Numbered from the stretch's first letter, positions 37,975-47,622 are shown. The stretch: DNA of 64,000 nucleotides from Rhodospirillaceae bacterium (GCA_038127535.1 JAYPHU010000010.1:21786-85785), one strand, 5' to 3'. Translations and numbers: made by a program. The notes: a model not told the origin generated them from the sequence alone.

Positions 37975-39474
37975 TTAGGTATTGCCTTTATTATTGGCAT
38001 TCCAAATACGTTCATACTCATTGATCCTGCGGATATCCCGCTTGACCATCATTTCCCGCAAACCGACGAGTTCAACGGCATTGAAATTGCGTGATATCGT
38101 TGCGGATATAGATGTAGCATCGCCGAGATCGAGGATAAATGCCTCAAGATTACCTTCATACTGCCGCTCGATATCCTTACGAAATACGGTAAACCATTCT
38201 GAACCAGGGTAAGGCGTTGCGAAATGCGGCTTTACCATTATTCCGAGAACGTCCCAAGCCTCCATATTTAGGCGAATTGACTCGAAATCTTCGTCCGGAA
38301 ACCCAATAATTTGATTTGGGATCGGACGGATTCCAGATTCCAGCGTCCAAAAGAAACTACGGAAATTCGAATCCCTGGACGCCCCTTTTCCAATGGTTTT
38401 TAAAACATGAGGCGCAAACGACTCGTAACCATAAACCAGATGCGAGCAGCCAGCTTCTCGCATAATTTTTAATATTTCTTGCGTGCAAAGCGTAGCATGG
38501 CTGGTTCCTCCCCAATGAACACCGTCCCAGGTTCCGTCTTTATTCTTTTTTGGCGCCAATTCGTATTCGTGCCATAAACGGCATATCTCCTTGAGCCACG
38601 TTCTCCCTGAAAATTTGTCCATTGTCATTAAATTTTCGTCGAGAAAACCAATAAAATCGACCTTGTACTTGTCGCGCATGTGTCGCGCCATACGAACGAC
38701 ATATTCCGGACTGTGATAGCGAATGGTCCGGGTATAATTTCCTGGCCGATCGAAGACGACGGAAACTTTCCCGTTTTTGTTTTCTTCGTAATGCATGTCG
38801 CCGGCGATTCCCAAATGATAACAGAAGCGGCAAATCAACGAACAGCCATACGAAGCGTTTATGTCCAACCGCCGCTTCGATAACATTCCTTCTTCGGAGT
38901 AAAGTGCTTCACTATTCTTAAAATAAACTTCCTCAAGGGGGAACAGATCCCATGCCGGATACGGCAACTGGTCGAGATCATCAATCAATTGACGTTGCGG
39001 CGATATCGCAGTCTCACCTTTTGGAAGACGCGAAATCGTGCCATTGATTTTACGCCAATCCGGTTTTCCGGAGTCTACGGCCTCGAGAATTTCAGGAAAG
39101 GTTTCGAAGGCTTCACCTATCACTCCAACGTCTACCTCGGGAAGCCAAGACATCATTTCATATGGCAATGATGTCAAAATTCCTCCGCCCAGCACAATCA
39201 GTGCCTTGGGGCAAACGGTGCGGGCGATACGGACGATCTTTTTCACAGATCCATAGGCTGTAGTAATCCCGCCGAGCGCAATAACCTCCCATTCGTCCGC
39301 GGCCAGAACTTCCTCGATAACGCTGTCCTTTTCGCGCCAGGCGTTGTGGTCATAAACTTGGACAAGGTGCCCCCGATCCACTGAAATGGCCGCCAACAGG
39401 GCGATTCCATAGGGAACATGTCTCGGAACATCTTCTTCCCGGACCAGTGGATTAATAAAAAGAACTTTTACCAT
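37975..39474 (-). CDS. B12-binding (class B) radical SAM protein
   Basis: N-terminal B12-binding-like region (VIALGGITTAYGS ... IVLGGG). SYGCSLICRFCYH (CxxxCxxC). Confidence 0.85.
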   Translation of the reverse strand: MVKVLFINPLVREEDVPRHVPYGIALLAAISVDRGHLVQVYDHNAWREKDSVIEEVLAADEWEVIALGGITTAYGSVKKIVRIARTVCPKALIVLGGGILTSLPYEMMSWLPEVDVGVIGEAFETFPEILEAVDSGKPDWRKINGTISRLPKGETAISPQRQLIDDLDQLPYPAWDLFPLEEVYFKNSEALYSEEGMLSKRRLDINASYGCSLICRFCYHLGIAGDMHYEENKNGKVSVVFDRPGNYTRTIRYHSPEYVVRMARHMRDKYKVDFIGFLDENLMTMDKFSGRTWLKEICRLWHEYELAPKKNKDGTWDGVHWGGTSHATLCTQEILKIMREAGCSHLVYGYESFAPHVLKTIGKGASRDSNFRSFFWTLESGIRPIPNQIIGFPDEDFESIRLNMEAWDVLGIMVKPHFATPYPGSEWFTVFRKDIERQYEGNLEAFILDLGDATSISATISRNFNAVELVGLREMMVKRDIRRINEYERIWNANNKGNT

Positions 39475-39504
39475 TTTAAACTCTGCCTCTTTTTATGCTT
39501 TTTC

Positions 39505-40548
39505 CTATCCGTGGCTACTCAGAAAGTCTTCCAGCGGCTGAAAATTGATGTGTTCACCAAAAAGAATGCCTCCACCGGTACAATTGTAAGTAAGGCTTTC
39601 CGACTCCGCTGCCATCTCTAAAAAACACTCCCGATACCACATATAGGCGGGATCGGTATAAAACCATGTATCGATATGAGGATTGTGAACCCACATGAAA
39701 ATTGAATCCAATTCCGCTTCACCGACCAGATCGACGGCCTCATGATAGTATTGGGTCGCCGTATAAGGCGTATCAGAGTAGTACGAGAAATCCATCCCCG
39801 TTAGAGCAACGTGCTTTATTCCGAGCACTTCACACGCGATCATCCAACTTGCGGCACCAACATTGCCGCCCGCGTTTATGCATGGAAGCTTATTGAGACG
39901 ATATAGCTCTCGCGTAACGCTGGTCTGCTCATCCGGGTCATCAAGCATCGGGTTCCACCAAAATATTTGCATTCCAGCCCGCACCACCCGCCGAATTACT
40001 TGGTCAGACGTGCAGCTGGCGAGAGCTATCCGCATATCCCCAGCGTTTCGATCGATCAATTCAATCATTTCGCGGTTTGTTTCCAATTCACGAGCGAATC
40101 CCGTATCCATATCTTGCCGACGGTAATAGTCGTCCTGTTCGATCATGTCCTGAGTTAATTCCGGATCACCAAACCATCGGATAATACGCCCGGGAAGCGG
40201 ATCAACCGAAACGACCAAATCAGGCATAACGTCGTTTTGGAGACAATAACGCATCGCACTTTCCGTCGCGATTATCGCCCCGCCATAGTCAACCTTCTTA
40301 ATCGCCTTTATTGGATCCTGGTGACGGATACTTGGACCGGCAGCAATAATAACGGCGCTGTCTTTCGGCTTAAATTTTTGTCCCTTCAGCGCCGCGATCG
40401 ATCTACCGTTTTCCAGATAGCGTACGTTAGCGCGCGCATTTGTTAGGGAACGGTCGCGAATCCGGTCAGCCGTCATGTTCTCCATGTTTTCGACCAACCG
40501 ACGGCCAACGTCGCCGTGTTTAACCGGCGGCGTAACTGAGCTATTCAT
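39505..40548 (-). CDS. DUF115 / Maf (motility-associated-factor)-type putative nonulosonic-acid transferase
   Basis: SAVIIAAGPSIRH ... GAIIATESAMRYCLQNDVMPDLVVSVDP, the pattern I associate with the DUF115/MAF_flag10 core. Confidence 0.65.
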   Translation of the reverse strand: MNSSVTPPVKHGDVGRRLVENMENMTADRIRDRSLTNARANVRYLENGRSIAALKGQKFKPKDSAVIIAAGPSIRHQDPIKAIKKVDYGGAIIATESAMRYCLQNDVMPDLVVSVDPLPGRIIRWFGDPELTQDMIEQDDYYRRQDMDTGFARELETNREMIELIDRNAGDMRIALASCTSDQVIRRVVRAGMQIFWWNPMLDDPDEQTSVTRELYRLNKLPCINAGGNVGAASWMIACEVLGIKHVALTGMDFSYYSDTPYTATQYYHEAVDLVGEAELDSIFMWVHNPHIDTWFYTDPAYMWYRECFLEMAAESESLTYNCTGGGILFGEHINFQPLEDFLSSHG

Positions 40549-40571
40549 CGCTCGAAGCTGTTCGATAGAAG

Positions 40572-40742
40572 TTAATTATCGTCAAGATTCCATTTCACTT
40601 TTTTCTTCGAAACGAACGCGATACTACCACCAAGCCTTTTCATAGCTCTTCTTTCAAACTCCTCTTCGAGATCGGACGCGTCTCCTTTGCTAGTCGAAAC
40701 CTTTTTTTTCGGTTCGAAATTTCCCTTTAAAACATCTGACAT
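40572..40742 (-). CDS. Small hypothetical protein (56 aa, Lys/Glu-rich); below the ORF-track size cut-off
   Basis: ATG at 40742 preceded by AAAGGAA 8-9 nt upstream. Translation: MSDVLKGNFEPKKKVSTSKGDASDLEEEFERRAMKRLGGSIAFVSKKKVKWNLDDN, then TAA at 40572-40574. It fills the otherwise empty 223-nt gap between two genes. No homology evidence. Confidence 0.35.
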   Translation of the reverse strand: MSDVLKGNFEPKKKVSTSKGDASDLEEEFERRAMKRLGGSIAFVSKKKVKWNLDDN

Positions 40743-40771
40743 TTCTCGGTTCCTTTTATCTATTGAGCGGA

Positions 40772-41452
40772 TTAGGTTTTGAACATCGATTGTAACAACA
40801 TAGCGCGGGCCAGGACGATATCCATCTCGGAATCAACGTCGACCGAACGTTCCCGAGGCATTACGTGGCCAACGGTATCGTTTCCAAAGAAACTTTTTTG
40901 GGTTCTCAGCCAATCAGATTTAGCGACATACACCGCACCGTTTACAGTAAAATGTTGTGGAAGGTCTTGGCGATTTACAAGCGGTCCGTCGGCACTAGCA
41001 AAAGGATGAATCCGACCTGTCCCATCACGATTGAAGTAATGGTATGGAGATTTATCCGCTGGTGTGATCGACACACAAGATGATGCGTTCAATTTCACGC
41101 AGGTCTCTATGCAGTCGTCAATATCGCCAGCGGTTCTAAGGGGCGAGGTCGCCTGTAAAAGCACGACCATATCATAGCTGCGATCAATTGAATCAAGAGC
41201 GTGCGTTAAAACGTCATAAATTAGGCTGTCATCTCGCCCGAGTTCGGCAGGCCGCGTAAAAGGAATATCGGCGTTCCACTCCGTTGCGACCGCAATGATT
41301 TCCCGATCATCCGAGGAAACGATCGTCCGGTCGAGATATATTGACGCGTTTGCAGCCTCGATCGACCAAGCAATCATGGGTTTACCGCCAACATCTAGAA
41401 CATTCTTGCGCGCAAGGCCCTTCGACCCTCCTCGTGCGGTAATAACAGCCAA
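40772..41452 (-). CDS. neuA: Acylneuraminate (nonulosonate) cytidylyltransferase, NeuA/LegF-like
   Basis: MAVITARGGSKGLARKNV and LLQATSPLR motifs of CMP-NeuAc synthetase-type enzymes. Confidence 0.85.
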   Translation of the reverse strand: MAVITARGGSKGLARKNVLDVGGKPMIAWSIEAANASIYLDRTIVSSDDREIIAVATEWNADIPFTRPAELGRDDSLIYDVLTHALDSIDRSYDMVVLLQATSPLRTAGDIDDCIETCVKLNASSCVSITPADKSPYHYFNRDGTGRIHPFASADGPLVNRQDLPQHFTVNGAVYVAKSDWLRTQKSFFGNDTVGHVMPRERSVDVDSEMDIVLARAMLLQSMFKT

Positions 41453-41475
41453 TATGGAAAGGTTTTTATACAGCG

Positions 41476-42117
41476 TTAGTTTACTGCAAAAAAGTTGCGT
41501 AATATCTGCAACCCTGTTTCACCGCTTTTTTCAGGGTGAAATTGGCACCCACAGATATTCTCCCTCTGAACGGCGGCGGAAATCCGATAACCGTCGAAAT
41601 CGCTGTCAGCAAGACGAACATCGTCTTCGACAGGCACCGCCGAAAAGGAATGAACAAAATAGCATGTTGCGTCTTGCCGTATACCCTCCAAGAGGGTGCC
41701 GTTCCACGCGCGTCCTGTCACGGGCACCTGCAATGGCGACCAGCCAATGTGCGGCACCTTTCTGCGAATATTATTGTCGCCCTTTTTCGGTATCTCTCGA
41801 ATGCTGCCCTGAATGAGACCTAAACCGCGATGTACCCCGAACTCCTTGCTCTCTTCAAACAACAGCTGCATGCCTAGGCAAATACCGAGGATAGGCCTTC
41901 CCGATACGGCATGGTCTAAAATAGGTTCGATTAGCTTTCGACGGGACAGTTCTGCCATAGCATCGCCGAATGCGCCGACACCCGGAAGAATCAACCGGCC
42001 GACGCTGGCGACCTGTTCTGGGCTACTCGCGAACCCTACGTCGACACCGCAATATTCCAACGCTTTGCGTATGCTGAACAGATTGCCGCGATCATAATCT
42101 ATTATGGCAGTATGCAT
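41476..42117 (-). CDS. hisH: Glutamine amidotransferase subunit, HisH paralog (glycan-associated)
   Basis: GICLGMQLLFE (nucleophile Cys) and CGCQFHPEKSG (His/Glu). Trimmed to the ATG at 42117 (MHTAIIDYDRGN...). Confidence 0.85.
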   Translation of the reverse strand: MHTAIIDYDRGNLFSIRKALEYCGVDVGFASSPEQVASVGRLILPGVGAFGDAMAELSRRKLIEPILDHAVSGRPILGICLGMQLLFEESKEFGVHRGLGLIQGSIREIPKKGDNNIRRKVPHIGWSPLQVPVTGRAWNGTLLEGIRQDATCYFVHSFSAVPVEDDVRLADSDFDGYRISAAVQRENICGCQFHPEKSGETGLQILRNFFAVN

Positions 42118-42878
42118 TGGAAGTCTTGACGCACAAAGCGGCCGCACGACGCAGCAGTCGATCGAATATCATGTAAGCTTAATTTGTTGTAATGCAAAAC
42201 GTTCGCGATTGCTACGGCGTCCGCGCAACCAGTCACGACGACGTCGTGGACATGATCGACACTCCCCAAACCGCCGCTTGCGATAACCGGGACGTCTACA
42301 ACGGAGGCTATCGCACGGACCAGGGCAATATCAAATCCTTTTAACGTTCCTTCGCGGTCGATGGATGTAACGAGAATCTCACCGGCACCCAAATTTTCGG
42401 CTTCGCGCGCCCACTCAATAGCATCCCACTCCGAAGGTTCACGACCATTATCACCATAAGCCTTCCATCCGCCGGCAGTTGATTTCGCTTGAATCGACAA
42501 GACCACACACTGAGATCCCAATTGCCTTGACATATCCCTTATCAAATCGGGATTTTTGATCGCGGCCGTGTTAATGGCTATTTTATCAGCTCCGGCCCGC
42601 AATAAAATCCGGGCATCGTCTACGCTCCGAATGCCACCACCAACCGTGATTGGCACAAATACTTTTTCCGCCGTGCGGCTGACCAAATCGACAATCGTGT
42701 TGCGTTCGTAAAGGCTTGCCACTGAATCAATGTATATAATTTCATCGATACCTTCGCGGTAATATCGTTCCGCAAATGACCGTGGGTCACCGACCTTGCG
42801 CAACCCTTCCAAATGGGTGCCTTTGATGAGGTATGGTGCCTTGACATCCAGCCTTGCTATCAAACGAAGATTAGCCAT
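42102..42878 (-). CDS. hisF: Imidazole-glycerol-phosphate-synthase cyclase-like subunit, HisF paralog (glycan-associated)
   Basis: LIARLDVK, DEIIYIDSVAS, VGGGIRS, IASGGLGS. Confidence 0.85.
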   Translation of the reverse strand: MANLRLIARLDVKAPYLIKGTHLEGLRKVGDPRSFAERYYREGIDEIIYIDSVASLYERNTIVDLVSRTAEKVFVPITVGGGIRSVDDARILLRAGADKIAINTAAIKNPDLIRDMSRQLGSQCVVLSIQAKSTAGGWKAYGDNGREPSEWDAIEWAREAENLGAGEILVTSIDREGTLKGFDIALVRAIASVVDVPVIASGGLGSVDHVHDVVVTGCADAVAIANVLHYNKLSLHDIRSTAASCGRFVRQDFQCILP

Positions 42879-42884
42879 TTAATA

Positions 42885-44207
42885 TTATGCGTCCTCGGAC
42901 CAAGCAGCCGAGCGCAATGCCCATTCTCCATTTTCTATTTTCCAAATATGCGGCGAACGAAAATTGTCGCACAAGAGGTTGAAATATTCACGATCCAAAA
43001 TCGGTGACTCGAACGCCTTATGGGCTGTTTTGAATTCTTCTTTGGGAATGGAAAGATAGCGGAACAATTCTTCGGCAAATCTTTTCGGAAACTCACCATC
43101 ATAACGCCGGACCAGAGCGACACCTTCCTCTCTTGTGATATCGTCGGACCGAATTTCCTGGGCGGCGTCCGCCGTGGCCCTACCAATGCCGAATTTGATG
43201 AACGTCGTGAAATAGTGGAAATCATCCATCCGGTCATCAATGGAATTATACTTGCTGTAGGTCCCAGGCGTTCGCTCGGGCGAGGGTTCAAATCCACAAT
43301 GTTCCTGTGAGTAGTAATAACAACTCTGCGGATGCCACTTGAGATAATATCCAAGATAGTGAACCTCGGTTCCTACCCGCTCAAGTTCGCCCAGCTTCGC
43401 GGGAAGGTACGGATTGAGATCCACGCTTTCTACGCCGAACGTATTTTTTAAGTCGTCGACACTGACACCGCCGATAAAAATATTCCTGTCGTCGGTTTCG
43501 GTAAAAAAGGAATTATCACGCAACGCCGTCGAGACATCGGATCGCGGATTTCCATATTCGGCTTCGTTTTCGCCATAGAAAACCAGAGGAATGTCATAAA
43601 GCGCTGAATATCGCGGGGCCAGTGCTTTCTGTCCGATAATGAAGGGCTGAAACGGGTGAAAAAGAACGTCAACCGCCAATCTTGTGAGAAGCCGATGCAC
43701 TCGGCCGTTCGGCGTAACCAACACGTTGTCAAATCCAGCATGGATCCAGCGCTGAAAATTGCGCCACCCCCAGTCCGTATATATGTGGGGCGCCCAAGTC
43801 ACGGTCAAAGGATGCATGTTGAACTCGGTTTTTAATACGTGGGCGGCATAAAAACTATCCTTTCCACCAGAACCGGGAACCAAGCAGTCGTAATGCCCGT
43901 CATTTCTCCTAAACCGGTCACATAACTCTTCTAACATCTGGCGGCGTTCCGACCAGTCGATCGATTTTTTTTCTTGGGCTACGTGGCACGCGTCGCAAAT
44001 TCCGTCTTCATCCAAATTGATCGTTTTTTTACTGGAAGTCGCGACGTGTCTGAACTCAACAGCGGAATTGGGGCGTTGATTGGATATCACACAGGTACGG
44101 CAAAAGCACACCTCTTGCGGAAGGCCATATCGCGCAGGCTTTTCCGAAAGCGCCGGCAAGAAGTGATTGGGATCGATGGGCGAGGGGCGAGAAATACGTA
44201 TCGTCAT
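42885..44207 (-). CDS. N-acetyl sugar amidotransferase (WbpG/LfnA/PseA-like PP-loop enzyme)
   Basis: Cys pairs CRTC ... CDAC. PP-loop VPGSGGKDS. Trimmed to the ATG at 44207 (MTIRISRP...), 1 nt after the upstream stop. Confidence 0.8.
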   Translation of the reverse strand: MTIRISRPSPIDPNHFLPALSEKPARYGLPQEVCFCRTCVISNQRPNSAVEFRHVATSSKKTINLDEDGICDACHVAQEKKSIDWSERRQMLEELCDRFRRNDGHYDCLVPGSGGKDSFYAAHVLKTEFNMHPLTVTWAPHIYTDWGWRNFQRWIHAGFDNVLVTPNGRVHRLLTRLAVDVLFHPFQPFIIGQKALAPRYSALYDIPLVFYGENEAEYGNPRSDVSTALRDNSFFTETDDRNIFIGGVSVDDLKNTFGVESVDLNPYLPAKLGELERVGTEVHYLGYYLKWHPQSCYYYSQEHCGFEPSPERTPGTYSKYNSIDDRMDDFHYFTTFIKFGIGRATADAAQEIRSDDITREEGVALVRRYDGEFPKRFAEELFRYLSIPKEEFKTAHKAFESPILDREYFNLLCDNFRSPHIWKIENGEWALRSAAWSEDA

Positions 44208-44208
44208 T

Positions 44209-45267
44209 TTATTTTTCACTAAATACGGAACTGAATTCACCGTTCGCGCGGCGGTAATCTTCATATTGGCCAATGTCGAGCCAGTACTCTCTCACCGGGA
44301 ATGCTGCCGGAAAATCTCCTTGGTCGATCAGCATTTGGAATAAATCTGTCATGTTCAGCGGCGATCCTTTCTCTATTATCGACAAAACGGTTGGTTCCAG
44401 AACATAGATTCCGGCGTTCACATAATACGTTTTCGATGGCTTTTCGATTAAACGCGTTATTTTTCCATGGCCGATATCCACGACGCCGTAAGGAACTTGG
44501 AATTCAAATTCTCGAACGCACATTGTTGCTTGAGCGCCGTGTTCCGAATGAAATGCGAGTAATTGACTAAAATTCGTCTTGGTCAGAACGTCGGCGTTCA
44601 TGACAATCAACGGGTGCTCTATTTCTTCCTGGATAAGGCTGAGCGAACCAGCCGTTCCCAAGCTGTTATCTTCCTCGAGGTAGACAATATCCACACCCCA
44701 ACGGTCGCCGTCGCCAATATATTCCTTTACGCGATCGGCCATATAATTGACCGAAATAAAAAATCGGTTGAAATTGTATCCGACAAACGACTCCAGGATT
44801 GTTTCCAACAGCGGCTTCCGGCCAACCTCCAGAAGCGGTTTAGGCAGATGATCCGTCATAGGGCGCAGTCGTTGGCCTAATCCCCCAGCCATTAATACAA
44901 CCCAATTGTCCAGTGGCGCCGCAGTTTCGATATCGTCACGGATAACCAAGCCGACTACCGTTCCGGTGGTGTCGAGCAAAGGTAGTTGCCGCACACTGGC
45001 ACGTAACATGATCTCGTTATGGACAGCCTTCTCGACGTCCGGAGAACTCACAAGCGGATTGGGGTTCATAACGTCTTCAACCGTGCTTGATAGCGAGTGC
45101 GTCCGGATTAGGCCACGCCGGATATCACCGTCGGTAACCGTTCCCAAAAGGCGGTGGCCGGTATCAACGACAAGACAGATTTGCAAAGAACTCGCGTCGA
45201 TGATTTCGATCGCACGCTCCAGCGTTTCTTGAGGAAAAACCAGAGTATTTCTCCAATCTTTCACCAT
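44209..45267 (-). CDS. CBS-domain nucleotidyltransferase (PtmE-like sugar-1-phosphate nucleotidyltransferase of legionaminic-acid-type pathways)
   Basis: Tandem CBS region (GTVTDGDIRRG ... LPLLD). NTP-transferase core VLMAGGLGQRLRPMT. Confidence 0.8.
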   Translation of the reverse strand: MVKDWRNTLVFPQETLERAIEIIDASSLQICLVVDTGHRLLGTVTDGDIRRGLIRTHSLSSTVEDVMNPNPLVSSPDVEKAVHNEIMLRASVRQLPLLDTTGTVVGLVIRDDIETAAPLDNWVVLMAGGLGQRLRPMTDHLPKPLLEVGRKPLLETILESFVGYNFNRFFISVNYMADRVKEYIGDGDRWGVDIVYLEEDNSLGTAGSLSLIQEEIEHPLIVMNADVLTKTNFSQLLAFHSEHGAQATMCVREFEFQVPYGVVDIGHGKITRLIEKPSKTYYVNAGIYVLEPTVLSIIEKGSPLNMTDLFQMLIDQGDFPAAFPVREYWLDIGQYEDYRRANGEFSSVFSEK

Positions 45268-45283
45268 TTCCGATCCTTCCGCT

Positions 45284-46414
45284 TCACTTCGAACGTCTGC
45301 GCCGGGCTACGATCAGATCGTCTGTATCATAATGCCGTGTCGCTTTCTCGCCCAAATAAGACCAGAACATTTTCGGCGATACACCATTTCCGGGCCGTTT
45401 GATTCCGAGGTTTTGTTCGGTAAAAACATCGCCTTTTCTGATTGGCTGGCGGGCGACAAGACTTTTTCGGGCAATGGGCATATTCTTTAACTCGGATTCT
45501 GTTGGAGCTTTTTTTGTTGACCCCAGCGCAGCCTCTACCTCGCGAATTTGACGTACGAATTCTATTAATTCATTTGGTATCAGAGATGCTTTATGATCGG
45601 GACCGGGCAACGTTCGGTCCAAAGTGAAATGTTTTTCGATTATTCTTGCCCCTAATGCCACAGCAGCAGGTGCGGCTGAAATTCCAAACGAATGATCGGA
45701 GAACCCGACGGTCGTTCCAAAATTTGCTCGAATTTCTCCGATTGCCCCTAAATTTAGTTCGTCGATGGGAGCCGGGTATTCAGTCGTGCAGTGCAACAAT
45801 GAAACTTGATCGGTAATCCAATCCCGAACCGAGCTTTTCATTCGGGATTTTTTGAACCCGACCTCATATCGCGTCGGCTTCACTCCTTCATGCCCAGCGG
45901 CCAAGTATCCCAACGCGGAATCGATCTCGGAAATATTCGCCATTCCGGTTGAAAGAAAAACTCGATTGGCCAAACTGCCGACGCGAACGAGCAACGGAGC
46001 GTTCGTTATTTCGCCGGACGGTACTTTGATCGTATCGAGGCCTAGGCCATACACCAGAAATTCCAGACTCAATATGTCGAACGGGGTTGAAAGAAAATCG
46101 ATTTTATTGTGGCGGGCGTGTCGGACCAATTCACGATGAGCTTCTTTATCGAGCTCCAGTTTCCGGACCATTTCGAGTTGCGATGCTTCGTTTTTGACAT
46201 TTTTCACTTGATACGAAGCCATGGGCGCGTGGCTAGATATAACTTCGTCGGGAACGAATGTCTGAAACTTAACGGCATCGGCCCCGGCCGCCGCGGCGGC
46301 TTTTATCATCGTCTTTGCCCGCCGCAGACTTCCGTTATGATTAACCCCGGCTTCTGCTATAATATATACTTTTTGATTTTTTGATTTGTTAGACAACATG
46401 ATGAACCTGGACAT
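45284..46414 (-). CDS. neuB: Nonulosonic acid synthase (NeuB/LegI-like) with C-terminal SAF domain
   Basis: VYIIAEAGVNHNG, FSDHS, and a C-terminal SAF-like RKSLVARQPIRKGDVFTEQNLGIKRPG. Alternative ATG at 46399. Confidence 0.9.
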   Translation of the reverse strand: MSRFIMLSNKSKNQKVYIIAEAGVNHNGSLRRAKTMIKAAAAAGADAVKFQTFVPDEVISSHAPMASYQVKNVKNEASQLEMVRKLELDKEAHRELVRHARHNKIDFLSTPFDILSLEFLVYGLGLDTIKVPSGEITNAPLLVRVGSLANRVFLSTGMANISEIDSALGYLAAGHEGVKPTRYEVGFKKSRMKSSVRDWITDQVSLLHCTTEYPAPIDELNLGAIGEIRANFGTTVGFSDHSFGISAAPAAVALGARIIEKHFTLDRTLPGPDHKASLIPNELIEFVRQIREVEAALGSTKKAPTESELKNMPIARKSLVARQPIRKGDVFTEQNLGIKRPGNGVSPKMFWSYLGEKATRHYDTDDLIVARRRRSK

Positions 46415-47567
46415 CGATTAGGTCGTAGAATTGTTTTCTTTTCAGATCTTCTGCATTTGTTTGCCTGAGCGTGTCCGCGATGATATTCGACGCGTTCCCA
46501 ATAAGATAAGGAGAGCTCCCGTCACAATATTTTTCTCGGAATCCCAGATCGAGGCATTTCAATAAGCCATCGCGAATAGCTTCTCGCGAGGGATCGCAGT
46601 CAACCACCGAATTGGCCCGGAGCCTTCCTTTCTGCCGATCACCTATGTTGAGCGTGGGGGTTCCAAGGATCGGCGCTTCGAGCATTCCGCTCGATGAATT
46701 TCCAACTACCGCTGCTGATAGGGCAATAGCGCCGAGATAGAAGGTCTGACCAAGCGATTCAATAACCGCAACTCGTTCTGAATTCCTAGCAGAATAATCA
46801 CGAAAATAGTCGGAGATAAAATCGGACTTCGGATCGGCATTTACACCCGTAATGAGAACCATACGGTCGGGAAATTCGTCGATGGCCTTTGTGAGTTCGG
46901 TGACCGCCACCAAGTCGTCGATCCCGAGAGTGACAGGGTGATAGGTGACCAGGAAGAATTCTTCCCGGAGTTTTTGTCCTGCGCGTTTTGAAAGATCGCC
47001 CAGATTCGGAAGCTCGATACGGCCCAAAAAATCGATTCCTGGCGCACCCGATAAAATGACTCGCGCCGGGGCCTCTCCCAACTGGACAATCCTTTTTCGA
47101 TAAGCTTCCGCAGCCGCAAAATGTAGATGGGCCATTTTCGAAATTGCGTGACGAAACGATTCGTCCATTGCGCCTTCGGTAATTTCTCCGCCGTGGATGT
47201 GGGCGATTGGCACCCGCATTATCGTCGCCGCCATTGCCGCCGCCATCATCTCATAGCGGTCACCGAGAATGACCACGATCTCCGGCTTTAATCTGTCCAA
47301 CGACTCTGCCAGTTTGCCGACAGCCATGCCGACAGCATTCGCCACGGACAAATTTGTATCATCAAAAAGATCTATCTCCACTTTTTCGTGTATATCAAAC
47401 CCGTCAGCCTCGATCTCACGATAAGTAAGGCCAAACTTCTCCCTCAAATGTGCGCCGGTGACGATCCATTGCAGATCGGATTCGGGATCATCTTCGATAA
47501 TGCGCGCTAGCCAGCGTAAGTGGCCATATTCGGCCCGAGAGCCCGTTACGATACAAATAATTCGCAT
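46389..47567 (-). CDS. neuC: Hydrolysing NDP-N-acetylhexosamine 2-epimerase (NeuC/LegG-like)
   Basis: MRIICIVTGSRAEYG, VPIAHIHGGE, GNSSSG. Confidence 0.9.
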   Translation of the reverse strand: MRIICIVTGSRAEYGHLRWLARIIEDDPESDLQWIVTGAHLREKFGLTYREIEADGFDIHEKVEIDLFDDTNLSVANAVGMAVGKLAESLDRLKPEIVVILGDRYEMMAAAMAATIMRVPIAHIHGGEITEGAMDESFRHAISKMAHLHFAAAEAYRKRIVQLGEAPARVILSGAPGIDFLGRIELPNLGDLSKRAGQKLREEFFLVTYHPVTLGIDDLVAVTELTKAIDEFPDRMVLITGVNADPKSDFISDYFRDYSARNSERVAVIESLGQTFYLGAIALSAAVVGNSSSGMLEAPILGTPTLNIGDRQKGRLRANSVVDCDPSREAIRDGLLKCLDLGFREKYCDGSSPYLIGNASNIIADTLRQTNAEDLKRKQFYDLIDVQVHHVV

Positions 47568-47622
47568 CGCTTGACTCGCGGCCTTTGACGGTCATAAAAG
47601 GCCTTGTCCGAAAACATGGACG

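Noticed and set aside
41476-42878. hisH/hisF as part of a histidine biosynthesis operon (likewise the HisC-like aminotransferase at 19878 and the HisJ-like PHP phosphatase at 49547)
   Set aside because: No hisA, hisB, hisD, hisG or hisI is nearby. HisH/HisF sit directly next to a WbpG-type N-acetyl-sugar amidotransferase, the known acetamidino-forming arrangement. These are recruited paralogs, not the histidine pathway.
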